Shown here piece by piece: positions 1 through 11,769 of a stretch of DNA of 64,000 bases. Within the stretch, counting starts at the first letter, position 1. Each line of letters starts with the position of its first letter. Source of the DNA: Octopus sinensis (taxonomy: Eukaryota); the NCBI RefSeq assembly GCF_006345805.1, contig NC_043012.1, positions 14,880,001 to 14,944,000 of the forward strand, in the 5' to 3' direction. Under the pieces are notes generated by a model. The model saw nothing but the letters and a program-made list of their open reading frames with translations. It was not told where the DNA came from and made no database searches. The position numbers and the translations under genes were made by a program.

Positions 1-746
1 TGACCTCAATTTCAGATAAACTCAAACTTTAAGTATTGATCCTAATGTGAGTAGCATGAAGATTCTCCTAATGAGTGTAAATAAAATCTGGTTATCAAAC
101 TGGTCAAAAGATGCAATTGTTTCTAAACGAAGCTATGAGTAAAAGCTTTTGAAATTTAAATTTGTTATTTGATAGTTTAATTGGTATGAATAGTATAACA
201 TTCAATAGTATTTGTGTCTGTTTATTTTCCATTGTTCAGTGATTCATATATCTAGTATTTTTATGTAGACAGTTGTTTATATTTCAAGTAGTTTATTGCA
301 TTTAGGACAGCAGCTGGTCAAAATACAAGCAGTAAATTAGTTTTATTATTTTTTTCCCCTCTTTTTGTTGCGATACATTATTTATTCTAATGTAAATACT
401 TAGGAGAAGAATAGGATTAAAATTTGATTGGGTCATGGACTTTTCAATTTTGTTTAACACATTAATGCATAGCATCCAGAAAAATGGATCCAGGAAAAAT
501 TACCATTACTTGTTTCATACGTGTGTATAGTTGGTTTGTTTGTATGCAGCACCTACTCACTTATAGAGTACTAGTTTAGAGGCAGACTATACCAATAGTT
601 TACTTAACAGGCAATAGTAATTTTTCCTGTGTCCATTTTTCTGGACACTATGCATTAATAGGTTAAAGTCCACACTGAAATGTGAGTATGCATGCCTATA
701 CAATTCTCTGCATTATGTATGCATGCAGATGTGCAAAAATGTGCAT

Positions 747-894
747 TATATATATGTATGTATGTATGTATATATATGTATGTATGTATATATATGTATG
801 TATGTATATATATGTATGTATGTATATATATGTATGTATGTATATATATGTATGTATGTATATATGTATGTATGTATGTATATATATATGTATG

Positions 895-954
<60 letters not shown>

Positions 955-1052
955 TATGTATGTATATATATATATGTATGTATATATATATATGTATGTA
1001 TATATATATATGTATGTATATATATATATGTATGTATATATATATATGTATG

Positions 1053-1085
<33 letters not shown>

Positions 1086-1100
1086 GTATGTATATATATG

Positions 1101-1155
<55 letters not shown>

Positions 1156-1545
1156 ATATATGTATGTATGTATATATATATATGTATGTATGTATATGTA
1201 TGTATGTATGTATATGTATGTATGTATGTATATGTATGTATGTATATATGTATGTATGTATATATATGTATGTATGTATATATATGTATGTATGTATATA
1301 TATATGTATGTATGTATATATATGTATGTATGTATATATATGTATGTATGTATATATATGTATGTATGTATATATATATGTATGTATGTATATATATGTA
1401 TGTATGTATTATATATGTATGTATGTATTATATATGTATGTATGTATATATGTATGTATGTATGTATATGTATGTATGTATGTATATGTATGTATGTATG
1501 TATATGTATGTATATATGTATGTATGTATATATATATATGTATGT

Positions 1546-1579
<34 letters not shown>

Positions 1580-1662
1580 GTATATATATGTATGTATGTA
1601 TATATATGTATGTATGTATATATATGTATGTATGTATATGTATGTATGTATGTATATGTATG

Positions 1663-1701
<39 letters not shown>

Positions 1702-2053
1702 GTATATGTATGTGTATGTATATATATGTATGTGTATGTATATATGTATGTATGTATATATATATGTATGTATGTATATGTATGTGTATGTATATATATG
1801 TATGTGTATGTATATATGTATGTATGTATATATATGTATGTATGTATATATATATGTATGTATGTATATATATATGTATGTATGTATATATATATGTATG
1901 TATGTATGTATGATATATATGTATGTATGTATGTATATATGTATGTATGTATGTATGTATATATATGTATGTATGTATATATATGTATGTATGTATATAT
2001 ATGTATGTATGTATATATATATGTATGTATGTATATATATGTATGTATGTATG

Positions 2054-2086
<33 letters not shown>

Positions 2087-2249
2087 GTATATATATGTAT
2101 GTATGTATGTATGTATATGTATGTATGTATGTATATATGTATGTATGTATGTATATATATATGTATGTATGTATATATATATGTATGTATGTATATATGT
2201 ATGTATGTATATATATATGTATGTATGTATATATATGTATGTATGTATG

Positions 2250-2333
<84 letters not shown>

Positions 2334-2358
2334 ATGTATGTATATGTATGTATATATA
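747..2358. repeat. 1.6-kb compound microsatellite (TATG)n/(TA)n with an internal (TG)n block
   Basis: Near-strict pyrimidine-purine alternation with few phase breaks. Stop codons cannot occur in an alternating tract, which explains the 164-605 aa ORFs. Confidence 0.98.
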
Positions 2359-2568
2359 GTCAATCCAAACATGAACGAGCAAGAAAAAACAACAACGCAA
2401 GAACGTGGAATATGTAGAATGTTATTGGACAGTCAGAAAAGGAAAGGAAAGGAAAGAGGATTTCACGTTTTGAGTAGAAGCTCTTCATCAGAAATATAGA
2501 AAAAGTTCAAAGAAGGGAAGGCGGGGAAAGAAAATCTCCAATGATACACACATGGTCATATATTGAAA
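2359..2568 (-). mobile_element. Short Penelope-like/retrozyme-type fragment between two microsatellites
   Basis: Sits between (TATG)n and (TA)n tracts and carries a decayed hammerhead motif at 2460-2495. Family assignment is inferred from the hammerhead. Confidence 0.55.
2460..2495 (-). ncRNA. Degenerate minimal type-I hammerhead ribozyme
   Basis: Minus strand reads ATTT-CTGATGA-A-GAGC TTCT ACTC-AAAA-CG-T-G-AAAT. Stem I ATTT/AAAT and the core are intact, but GAAA has become AAAA and H17 is G, so it is probably inactive. Confidence 0.6.
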
Positions 2569-2854
2569 TATATATATATATATATATATACACACTCACA
2601 CTGTTGTTACTTATCTTCAGTGAGGTCAGCCATGATTAGGCAGATGTATAATCAAAGGTGTTGCAGCTAGGACTATCCTTCATTAATAATTTGTGTGTGT
2701 GTGTATTTATAAGAATCTTTCTTTATAAACCCAACCTTTTTTTATAAAAAAGGTTGGGTTGATATAAATTTTATGTGAATTGATATTTAACTCTGTTTCA
2801 AACAGTATGGAAGCAAACATCTGCACATTCATACACACACACATACATATCCAG

Positions 2855-3230
2855 TGTGGCTATGTGGCAAGAAACTTCTTTCTCTACCACTTGTTTCCAG
2901 GTTCAGTCCCACTGCATGGCACCTTGGACAAGTGTCTTGTACTATAGCTTTGGGCTGACCAAAGCCTTGTGAGTGGTTTTGGTAGAGGGAAACTGAAAGA
3001 AGCCTGTCGTGTGTGTGTGTCTGTCTGTCTCTGTCCCACCACCGCTTGACAAACTGTTGGTGTGGTTACGTCCCTGTAACTTAGCAGTTCGGCAAGAGAG
3101 ACCAATAGAATAAGTACCAGGCTTAACAGAAATTAGCACTGGGGTCGATTGCTTCGGCTAAAAATTCTTCAAAGTAGTGCTCCAGCATGGCCTCAGTCTA
3201 ATGACTGAATCAAGTAAAAGATAAAAGATA
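2855..3230 (+). mobile_element. tRNA-derived SINE family A (octopus OR-type)
   Basis: Head GGCTATGTGG..GGTTCAGTCCC, central GCACCTTGGACAAGTGTCTT, internal (GT)n and GACTGAATCAAGTAAAAGA tail. Many copies occur in the window. Confidence 0.85.
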
Positions 3231-3584
3231 TACCTGCATAAACATAACACACACTTGATAGGCTTTCTGCATTTTCTATTTGTCGGATTCCATCAACATT
3301 GGTCATTCTGGGGCTATAGTAGAAGACGACTTCCCAAGGTACCATGCAGAGGGACTGAACCCAAAACCATATGGTTGCAGAGTGAGTTTCTTAACTACAC
3401 AGCCATGCCTATATCTATTGTGCTGTATGTGCATGCACCCCACCTTCTGTGCATGCACATAGACACGCATGGACTGCATTGTCTTTGTCCTTCCTTTTTA
3501 AAGAGAGTTGGCTGCTGCTTTAAGCAGGTTGAGTAATCACATATAATCACATAGATCTATCGTTGGTTTGTCATATATACCTAT

Positions 3585-3901
3585 GGAGGCACATGGCCTA
3601 GGGGTTAGAGCACTGGACTTGCGGTCAAGGGATTGCGGGTTCGAATTTCAGACCGGGCGATGCGTGCGTTTACGAGCGAAACACCTAAGCTCCACGCGGC
3701 TTCGGCAGAAGGTAATGGCAAACTTCTGCTGACTCTTTCGCCACAACTTTCTCTCACTCTTTCCTCCTGCATCTTGCAGCTCACCTGCAACAGACCGGTG
3801 TCCCGTCCAGGTGGGGAACCTATATGCCAAGGAAACCGGGAAACCGGCCCTTATGAGCCAGGCATGGCTTGAGAAGGAACAAACAACAACAACAACAACA
3901 A
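3585..3901 (+). mobile_element. tRNA-derived SINE family D with (AAC)n tail
   Basis: A box TGGCCTAGGGG, B box GGTTCGAAT, (AAC)n tail. 13-bp TSD CATATATACCTAT at 3572-3584 and 3902-3914. Sister copy at 35616-35919. Confidence 0.92.
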
Positions 3902-5066
3902 CATATATACCTATATGGATCCCTTTCAGAGATATTTTCTTTCTAAGTTGAAGAATTCCAAGAAATGCAAAGTGAATGAAAGGGTGTCTGCCTCTTCTTA
4001 TTGTTTCTTAAAAGAGAACAACATGGCCTTCACTTCTTCTATAGCATTATCTTAAACAAAAAGCAATATTTTTTTTTTTTTTGTTTTGACATTGTAAATA
4101 GAATCTTTGTTGCATAGAGGGTAGTTTGAATTGGTGCCAAAGTAATTTGTCACGTTTTTGTTATTTACTTATATACTCATTTATATGAACAAATGACAGA
4201 ATTCTGGTTACTGCACTTTTAGACATATTCTCTGTCACTGATTTTATTTTGTTTTAGTTTTTTACTATATTTGTGCTTCTATTCATGTAGAACTGGCACG
4301 TATTATAAATTTGCATGGTGAATTAATCCAAATAAAACTTAATCTTGTGCAAGTAAAATTTATATAGCATCGTTTATTTATATTTGTTTTTGTTTTTTTT
4401 TTACCTAAAGTGAAACCATCCTTCTTCATTATTTTGGTTATAAAATCAATAACTCAATTTGTAACACGAACAATGTTGTCCTTCACCAGCTTGTAGTTCA
4501 CAAAAGATTTGTTCAGTAAAATTTAATGATCTGTGTGTGTGTGTGTGTGTGTTGGTATATGTATATGATTGTGTGGGTGTGTGAATTTGAATGAAGACAT
4601 TATTTTAGTGAGAAGAGCAATAACTTCTCTGTTTTTGGTCAGATAAAGACAATAATAATAATAATAATTTATGAAAATTTGTTTTATATTTATTTGATAT
4701 TCACTGCTTCAAGATTGATGTGAAACGGTTGACACAATGACACAAAACTGTACACTTATTGAAGCCAGTTTGCTTGTGTGTTTGATCTGAATACATATCC
4801 TATTAATTGTGTCTTGCCATTCGTTCCTCAGGGTGATTAAAATAACGACCATTAGTGTATATTGTTGATTCAACACAGTAACCCCCTACTAAAAACATTG
4901 TAACTTGTGTGTCGATGGAGTAGGGGGACACAACAAAAAATGACCTTGGTCTACTTCAGGTTGAAAATACATTAAGTTTACAAAGCACATCTTTTAAATT
5001 GCTGTATTTCTCGGAGAAGCTATTGTCCTTTAGATTCTAATTAGAATATTGTATATTTAGATTTAA

Positions 5067-5706
5067 CCCTTTAGCTCCTTCAGATTATTCTGTCGTCAAA
5101 TGTTCTCTGCTTATTCATTCACATTGTTTTGAGTTAATCATGCTTTAGCTTCGAAAGTTCAATGGTGTGATTGCTTATTTTTAGAATGACATTGTAGGGT
5201 AGGTGTGAGATACCAGATCTGGCTCTTTTGAATGTAAAACAGGGAGAATATTAGGCTAGATAGGGGTCAGTTTGGATCTTTTCGGTTTGAAGGGGGCAGT
5301 TTTTTAAAATAATTTCCACGTAACTAAACACTTTTAAACTCGTATACTGGTAGAATGTGTTTATAAAACATCTTTTACTCTTGGCTTTATTGAGAAAATT
5401 CTATAGTTTGTAAGATATTTGTTGTTTTTTTCCTTCAATTTCTGCAATTTCAACCAATCAATGATGTCTGTTGAGGTGAAAACATCCTGTGCCGTATGAA
5501 TATGTCCCTTGTTTATGAAACAGATTGGGTTTATTTACATTTCTGAAGAAAAAAAGATACCCTTCCCCCTAACCCTAACTCTAAAACAGATTGAAATGCA
5601 ATAGATCGATACTAGGGTCATAATTATGGGTGAGAATTTCATATGACACCACTAGAAAAAACTGCTGTTCAAACCGAAAAGATCCGTCAGTTTAAATGCT
5701 AAAGAG
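5067..5706. mobile_element. TTAA-flanked piggyBac-like MITE hosting a nested MITE
   Basis: TTAA|CCCTTTAGC ... GCTAAAGAG|TTAA. Same family as 12852-13070, 52463-52649 and 53506-53707. Confidence 0.8.
5274..5685. mobile_element. MITE with ~30-bp TIRs and 8-bp TSD
   Basis: TIR GGATCTTTTCGGTTTGAA..GCAGTTTTT at both ends. TSD GTCAGTTT at 5266-5273 and 5686-5693. Confidence 0.88.
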
Positions 5707-6069
5707 TTAAACAATAGCAACACTGAAAATAACATTTTTTTGAGGTGGATTGCTACTAAAGTATTGAGTTTTAGTTAAAATTGGGAGGATTTACCACTGA
5801 CACATCTGAAAGCTATCCTGAATCGGTTTTAGTTTATAGAATTACAGTTTCTAACTGGAAATGAAGTTGGCTCACAATTTAATAGATAGCAAAAATCTTA
5901 AAAATCAGATTCCTATTGTACGACTGTAAATATTTGATCCTATTAAATAATTAGATTTTATGATTAGATTTTGTTGACAAACTGAAAGGAGCCTATTACA
6001 CATATACTCACCTGATGTTTTATTCTAAAGCATATGTATATTGAGTTCTAATAATTGGTTATAGTATCA

Positions 6070-6300
6070 ATATGTTATATATATATTATATAAAATCTGT
6101 TCTGTCTGTCTGTGTGTGTGTGTGTCTTCTAGGATCTCGGGTATCCTCCATCCGATTGCGTTCAAATTTGATATGTAGATACTGACGGTATCAGGGTGTG
6201 TATAAGTCTTGAAAAAATTACAAAAAACGATTTCCAGGTGAGAATTCGATTGATAAAGCCGTGGGAACATGCGTTTGTACGTGCAAGTACATCAGTCGAA
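6070..6300 (+). mobile_element. Probable Helitron/Helentron-derived 5' fragment
   Basis: TA-rich start, (TCTG)/(TG) microsatellite, then CTCGGGTATCCTCCATCCGATTGCGTTCAAATTTG, resembling the 5' region of non-autonomous rolling-circle elements. Confidence 0.4.
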
Positions 6301-6454
6301 ATCCGTCTTTTGCTGGTGTCTCAAATTTAGGTTAAATCAGTGTTTCTCAAAGGGGAGGCCTATGGGAAGGTCGGACAAGTTGTTTTGAGAAAATTTGGTT
6401 TAAATGTTTGACAACTCAGCACTGTCCATTGGATGGGGGGGGGACGTTTTGCTC

Positions 6455-6489
<35 letters not shown>

Positions 6490-7084
6490 ATCATTAGTTA
6501 ATGTCTGTCTTCTATATTGGCATGGGTTGGGCAGTTCAAGAGAATCCAATGAGTTTGATAATTGCATTATGATCCAATGTCTTGGTTTCTATACTTGGAT
6601 GTCCTTCTTAATGCCAGACACCTCAGAGAGTAAATGAAAAAACCTTGCAATTTGTGAACAAAAATTCCTTCTGTGGCTGTTTAAAATCTGAAAAAAAAAA
6701 AAAAATAACAAGTAACAGAAATAACTCCAGTAATATCAGTTAATTGAAATTTATAGAAAATAAAGATGATGCTGTTCAGAGTGTTCTGAGGTTACCTGGT
6801 GAAAGTACAAAATTCACTCTTCACCACATCTTCATTTTCCAGAAATTTGGAGTAACTGCTATTGTCACCTTCACCTTAATCATTTCGATGTCCATTTTTC
6901 CATGCTTGCACGTATTGCATGGAGTTTACTGAGGTAGATTTTCTATGACTAGGAGCCCTTCTTGTCACCAGCTCTTATCTGTTCCCAAGCAAAGTAATAT
7001 TTCCCCCCTGGCCAGACATGTATTTGAATAATATTGAAAATGAATGACATTCATTTATATCAATCAAATGATTGTCAAGGCTAG

Positions 7085-7086
7085 AA

Positions 7087-7121
<35 letters not shown>

Positions 7122-7290
7122 GCATGCACACACAATGGGCTTCTTTCAGTTTCCATCTACCAAATCCACTCACAAGGCTTTGGTTAGCCTAGGGCTGTAA
7201 TAGAAGACATTTGGCCAAGGTGCCACACAGTAGAATTGAACCTGAAACCATGTGGTTAGGAAGCAACCTACTTAATCCACACAGCCATGC
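7085..7290 (-). mobile_element. SINE family A, 5' half
   Basis: Reverse complement of the family A head and centre (CTTCTTTCAGTTTCCATCTACCAAATCCACTCACAAGGCTTTGG). Confidence 0.8.
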
Positions 7291-7337
7291 TTGTACCTGC
7301 TATTATTTATGCTATCTCCCTTAATGCTTGTTTCTAG

Positions 7338-7397
7338 ATTTCAGATACTCCTGGAGGGAGTTTTTCTTTACTAATTGCAAGGAATGTCTCATTTAAT
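7338..7397 (+). CDS. Candidate 60-nt symmetric exon (ISDTPGGSFSLLIARNVSFN)
   Basis: Acceptor gcttgtttctag, donor gtaagt, open in phase 0-0. No recognised homology; could be chance. Confidence 0.25.
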
Positions 7398-8480
7398 GTA
7401 AGTTTTTCAACTCACGGTATTGCATATGTGAGATTTTAATGTAGGTTTATTTAACCTGGATAACACTTAAGTATTTTCCCCCCTCAACTTGGAACTCACC
7501 ACACACTCATACACATGCTTAGGCACAAACACACACACATGCACAGAAACGCGTGTTAGAAGAGTTACTAGACTATAAGAGTATCTCCTGCTTAGGCCTG
7601 AAATCACGTGAAGAAAGTAAATATACTAAAGTGCCCTGTAAGTGAAGCTATAAAATCCAGTCTCACTTTTGTAAGGGTTAAGGAACTTCTTCCCCCCCCC
7701 CACACTCTCTATCACATGTCTATCTCATTGTATTTATGTGAATAACAATACTCAAAACTTCAGTGGAACTTTCATCTCACTTATATTGGTTATTAAAGAG
7801 GTCAGTTTTATTCTACGGTGGACTAAGTATTAGACTATAATAAAGTTGATATTGTTTAGTAACGAGAGAAAGTGAGTGCACAAATGTGTGTGTGAGTGAG
7901 AGAGAGAGAGAGAGAGAGAAAGGGAAACGGTGATTGCGAGCTGCTGATGTACAATTGATGGCTGCTAAGTGCTAGTTTTAGTGAGTGCAGTGAGTATTGT
8001 TTCACCAGCTGCATAAAGTGCATCGTGTGGTATGGATTTTCTGTTTAGAGATTTCTTGTCTGTGAAGCAAGACATTTTCCATTGAAGACCAGTTTATGTT
8101 TACAATATCTGAAAGACATATATTCAGGTAAAATGCTGCTTAACCAGAGAACAAGGTAATCAGTGTTTGAACGTTATCTTTGCACAAGTTGTTTTTCTTC
8201 TTTTTTTTTCTTTTTTTTGCTTCTTATTTTCTTTGAGTTGTCCTTTTGCTATTTTATATTTGTCATTGAATGGAATTAAGCAGAGTTATTCAAATGAATG
8301 TATTTATTTATTTGTAAGTCTATTTTTTTAAATAAGTTTTGAATGAATCTGAAGGATGTGAATAAAATTCCTCCATTTCGTTCACATCTATCCTATGCAC
8401 TAATTTCTTTTGAAGAAAGAACCTTTTGGAAATGTTGGAACTTACTTCTGCTCATGACACGCAGATTTCCGTTTTATATA

Positions 8481-9860
8481 TCAGGTTGAGTCAAAAGTAA
8501 GCAACATTTTGAACCATGAAGAATTTGTACCAGATTTTTCCAGAGTTTTGAATATTTTTTAAGCATTTATTTGCAATTGTCTGATAATACAGACATAGAC
8601 TTGCTCAAATGCATCAATAAATTAACATTGATATTTTTTTTCATCATTGTTACATTCGTCTGAAATGGAACTGTCAAAGTGCGATATTCGAACAATTTTG
8701 GTATTCAACTTCAAAAAAGGATGTAAAGCAGCTGAAACTGCTCACGATATCAATGAAATGTTTGGTGAGGAAATGACCAGTGAGTGGTCAGCTTGAAAAT
8801 GCATTAACCCTTTTGTTACCATATTTCTTTTGAGATGCCCTGTGTTTCTTTCAATTAATATTAAATATAACAAAGAATTTAGTAAAATAACTTACTTATC
8901 ATTAAGCTAGTATTAGGAATATAAATTGGGACTAAGGATTGGTGGAAGATTTTAATTTAGAACTCATGAAAATAAGACGTACTACAGAGCCTGAGGCAGT
9001 TTCAGCTTGGTTAGTTTTGAAAGGTTTAAAGAATTTTGCAGTGGAGAACTGAGCCTTGGAAGTTGTGAGCATAGTGGACACTCATCTGCCATCGATGATG
9101 GTCAACTGAAGACTGTCATTGAGAAAGATCCGCATAAAACCACTCGAGAACTGGTAAAAGAACTTCAAGTTAGCCAGAAAACTGCCTGTAACCATTTGCA
9201 TGCAATTGGAAAATCAAAAAAGCTCGACAAATGAGTACCACATGATTTGAATGAAAATTAGAAAATGTGCAAATATGAAATTTGCTTCTTCTCCGTAACC
9301 AGACCAATCCATTTCTTGACCATATTGTAACTTGCAATGAAAAGTGGGTTCTGTACTATAATAAAGAACGTTCTTTGCAGTGGTTGGACCAAAATGAAGC
9401 ACCGAAAACTTTTCCTAAACCTGAACTCTTCAAAAAGAAGGTTATGGTGACTGTTTGGTGATGTACAACTGGACTCATCCACTGTAACTTCTTAAAACCT
9501 GGAAAAATCATTACTGCAGGAACGTATTGCCATGAAATTGCCAAATTGAATGAAAATCTGCTCCACTTCCGTCCCATAAGGGTCAACAGAAGAGGGCCAA
9601 TCATTCTTCATGACAATGCTCGACCACACGTTTCACTAATGACACTCCAGAAGTTGAGGGAATTTGGCTTCGAAGTTCTTCACCACCCAGCTTATTCCCC
9701 AAACCTGACTACCACTTTTTCAAGCACTTTGATAGTTTCCTGCAAAAGGAGTTCAAAAATCAAACCAATGCTGAAAGTATATTCAAAGAGTTCACCAGCT
9801 CCAGAACTCCAGATTTTTATATTACCAGAATAAACAAACTTGTAACTCATTGGCAAAATT
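8481..9860 (+). mobile_element. Degenerate mariner (DD34D) transposon, 3' end lost
   Basis: TA|TCAGGTTGAGTCAAAAGT left TIR. ATG at 8665 (MELSKCDIRTILVFNFKKGCKAAETAHDIN), then VPHDL, VTCNEKW, HDNARPH and HPAYSP motifs with stops and frameshifts. Confidence 0.93.
8808..9025. mobile_element. TTAA piggyBac-like MITE nested in the mariner ORF
   Basis: TTAA at 8804-8807 and 9026-9029. Removing the MITE and one TTAA restores the frame KCIKEFCSGE. Sister copy at 10116-10362. Confidence 0.85.
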
Positions 9861-10115
9861 CTGCTGCAGTTGACTTTGCCTTTCATCATTTTGAGGTCAA
9901 TAAAATTTGTACCAGTTAAGCACTGGGATCAAAGCAGTTGACTAGCTCCCTCCTCAAAAATTTCAGGCCTTGTGCCTGTAGTAGAAAGGAATCTTTTTAA
10001 CTTTTTACCTTGCTGATGGTACCTATGTACATGGCTTGCACAGCTCACAGAAATTACTAGCCACAAGTCACTGGTTTATGTCATCTGGGACATTCTTCAC
10101 CAGGGAAAGACTTAA

Positions 10116-10362
10116 CCCTTTCATTACTGAATTTATTTTGAGATGTTCTGTGTTTCTTTCAATTACTTTAAATATAACAAAGAATTTAGTAAAATAACTT
10201 ACTTATCATTCAGCTAGTGTTAGGAACATAAATTTTTTATGTTCCTAACACTAGCTTGTTAGTTTTTGTGACTTAGGTTTGGTGGAAGATTTTAATTCAA
10301 AACTTATGAAAACAAGACATTTGTACTCAGAGCCGGTTTCAGCCGGGTTGGTAACGAAAGGG
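10116..10362. mobile_element. TTAA piggyBac-like MITE with an internal fold-back
   Basis: TTAA|CCCTTTC ... GAAAGGG|TTAA, homologous to 8808-9025. Confidence 0.88.
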
Positions 10363-10471
10363 TTAATATTCACAATAATCTGTTTATTTTGTTTTCTGCT
10401 GAGTATTAAAGTCTGTTTGGCCTGCTTGCTCAAGTGTAATCACTAACAAATGATTAAAAAAAACCTTTTAA

Positions 10472-10686
10472 TCCTTTACCATTTAAACTGACCACATAAC
10501 TGGCCCAAATATTTTATCTGTTTTATGTTCAAACCAGTCAGACCCAGACTCTCACATCTACTCAGCAATGTCATTCAAAAAATAAACATTTGCATCATCA
10601 AAGCCACAAGACAATGCATGATTAATTTCAAAACAATGTGAATAAATAAGCAATACATTTGACAGAGTAACCTGAAGGTTAAAGGG
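10472..10686. mobile_element. TTAA piggyBac-like MITE
   Basis: TTAA|TCCTTTACCATTTAAAC ... TAAAGGG|TTAA. Confidence 0.8.
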
Positions 10687-11269
10687 TTAAGCAATCACTT
10701 TTTTCTCTTTAATGTTTGTAAAACATTGTTTGATATGTGGCAGGTGTAGAAAGGAAAATGTCAACTTGTAACTTTTTGACAATGATCGAGTAAGAGAAAT
10801 GTTTATTTAACATTTTTGGTGGTAGGAAGAAATTAAGGACCAATATTATGGCTGTAATATCCTGAAGCGTTTCAAATTATGATGGAAAATCTTCTTACCG
10901 TTCCTACACATTTTCTTCAGGTTTATACTTGTTCCTTTCCTGGACAAAATGGGTTTGCATCTCCTGCTGTAATCAATTTAAACTAAACTATAAGGAAACC
11001 TGACTCTCGTTTACAAACTGCACTTCAGGGCTGTCATAGACTTTGCCAATCTATTCCTGAGCCATATCAATCTACCTTCTATCCATTCTATCCAAAATAG
11101 TATCCATACAGACAGTGTATATTTGCATCCCGTGTTGATAACCTACATAATGGGAACCAAAATATTCAAAGATTATGTGTGAGAGGTGCAAATCATATCA
11201 GCAGACTGCTTCAATCTGTGAAGCCTTTATAACTTTATACTCCTTCAGCTGTTTTCAGTGATCTAAATC

Positions 11270-11720
11270 ATCATCATCATCATCATCATTTAGCATCCGC
11301 TTTCCATGCTGGCATGGGTTGGATGGTTTGACTGAAAGGTGGTGAGCTGGCAGAAATGTTAGCACGCCGGGCGAAATGCTTAGCGGTATTTTGTCTGCCG
11401 CTATGTTCTGAGTTCAAATTCTGCCAAGGTTGATTTTGCCTTTCATCCTTTCGGCGTCGATTAAATAAGTACCAGTTACGCACTGGGGTCGATGTAATCG
11501 ACTTAATTCCTTTGTCTGTCCTTGTTTGTCCCCTCTGTGTGTAACCCCCTGTGGGTAGTAAAGAAACAGGTTTGACTGAAACTGGTAAGCTGAGGGTTGC
11601 ATCAGGTTCCAATCTGATGTGGAATGATTTCTACGGCTGGATGCCCTTCCTAATGCCAGCCATTCCATGAGTGTAATGGATGCTTTTTACGTGCCACCAG
11701 CACAGGTGCTAGTTATGTGA
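11270..11720 (-). mobile_element. SINE family C (ATG-repeat tail), interrupted by a family B copy
   Basis: Reverse complement of the CATGC.AGCATGGAAAGCGGA..TAAA(TGA)n tail; sequence resumes after 11581. Confidence 0.75.
11338..11568 (+). mobile_element. SINE family B (Nin/Deu-like central domain)
   Basis: GGTGGTGAGCTGGCAGAA head and TTTGCCTTTCATCCTTTCGG.GTCGAT..AATAAGTACCAG domain. 13-bp TSD GGTTTGACTGAAA at 11325-11337 and 11569-11581. Confidence 0.9.
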
Positions 11721-11769
11721 CACTGGCTTCAACCAATGAATATAATACAATAATGACATTTTAAATCAG

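Noticed and set aside
16-46. Apparent exon (tttcag ... gtgagt) at the window start
   Set aside because: All three frames contain a stop codon.
655-2499. Six overlapping ORFs of 164-605 aa (MYVC/HTYI repeats)
   Set aside because: They are translations of an RY-alternating microsatellite that cannot contain stop codons; no coding signal.
3585-3660. tRNA-like heads of SINEs as tRNA genes
   Set aside because: A/B boxes are present but there is no complete cloverleaf, and they continue into SINE bodies with TSDs.
5567-5584. Telomere-like CCCTAA repeats
   Set aside because: Only about three imperfect units, inside a MITE; not a telomere or fusion scar.
10921-11270. Possible terminal exon after cattttcttcag
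   Set aside because: Early stops, no recognisable homology and no compatible upstream exon.
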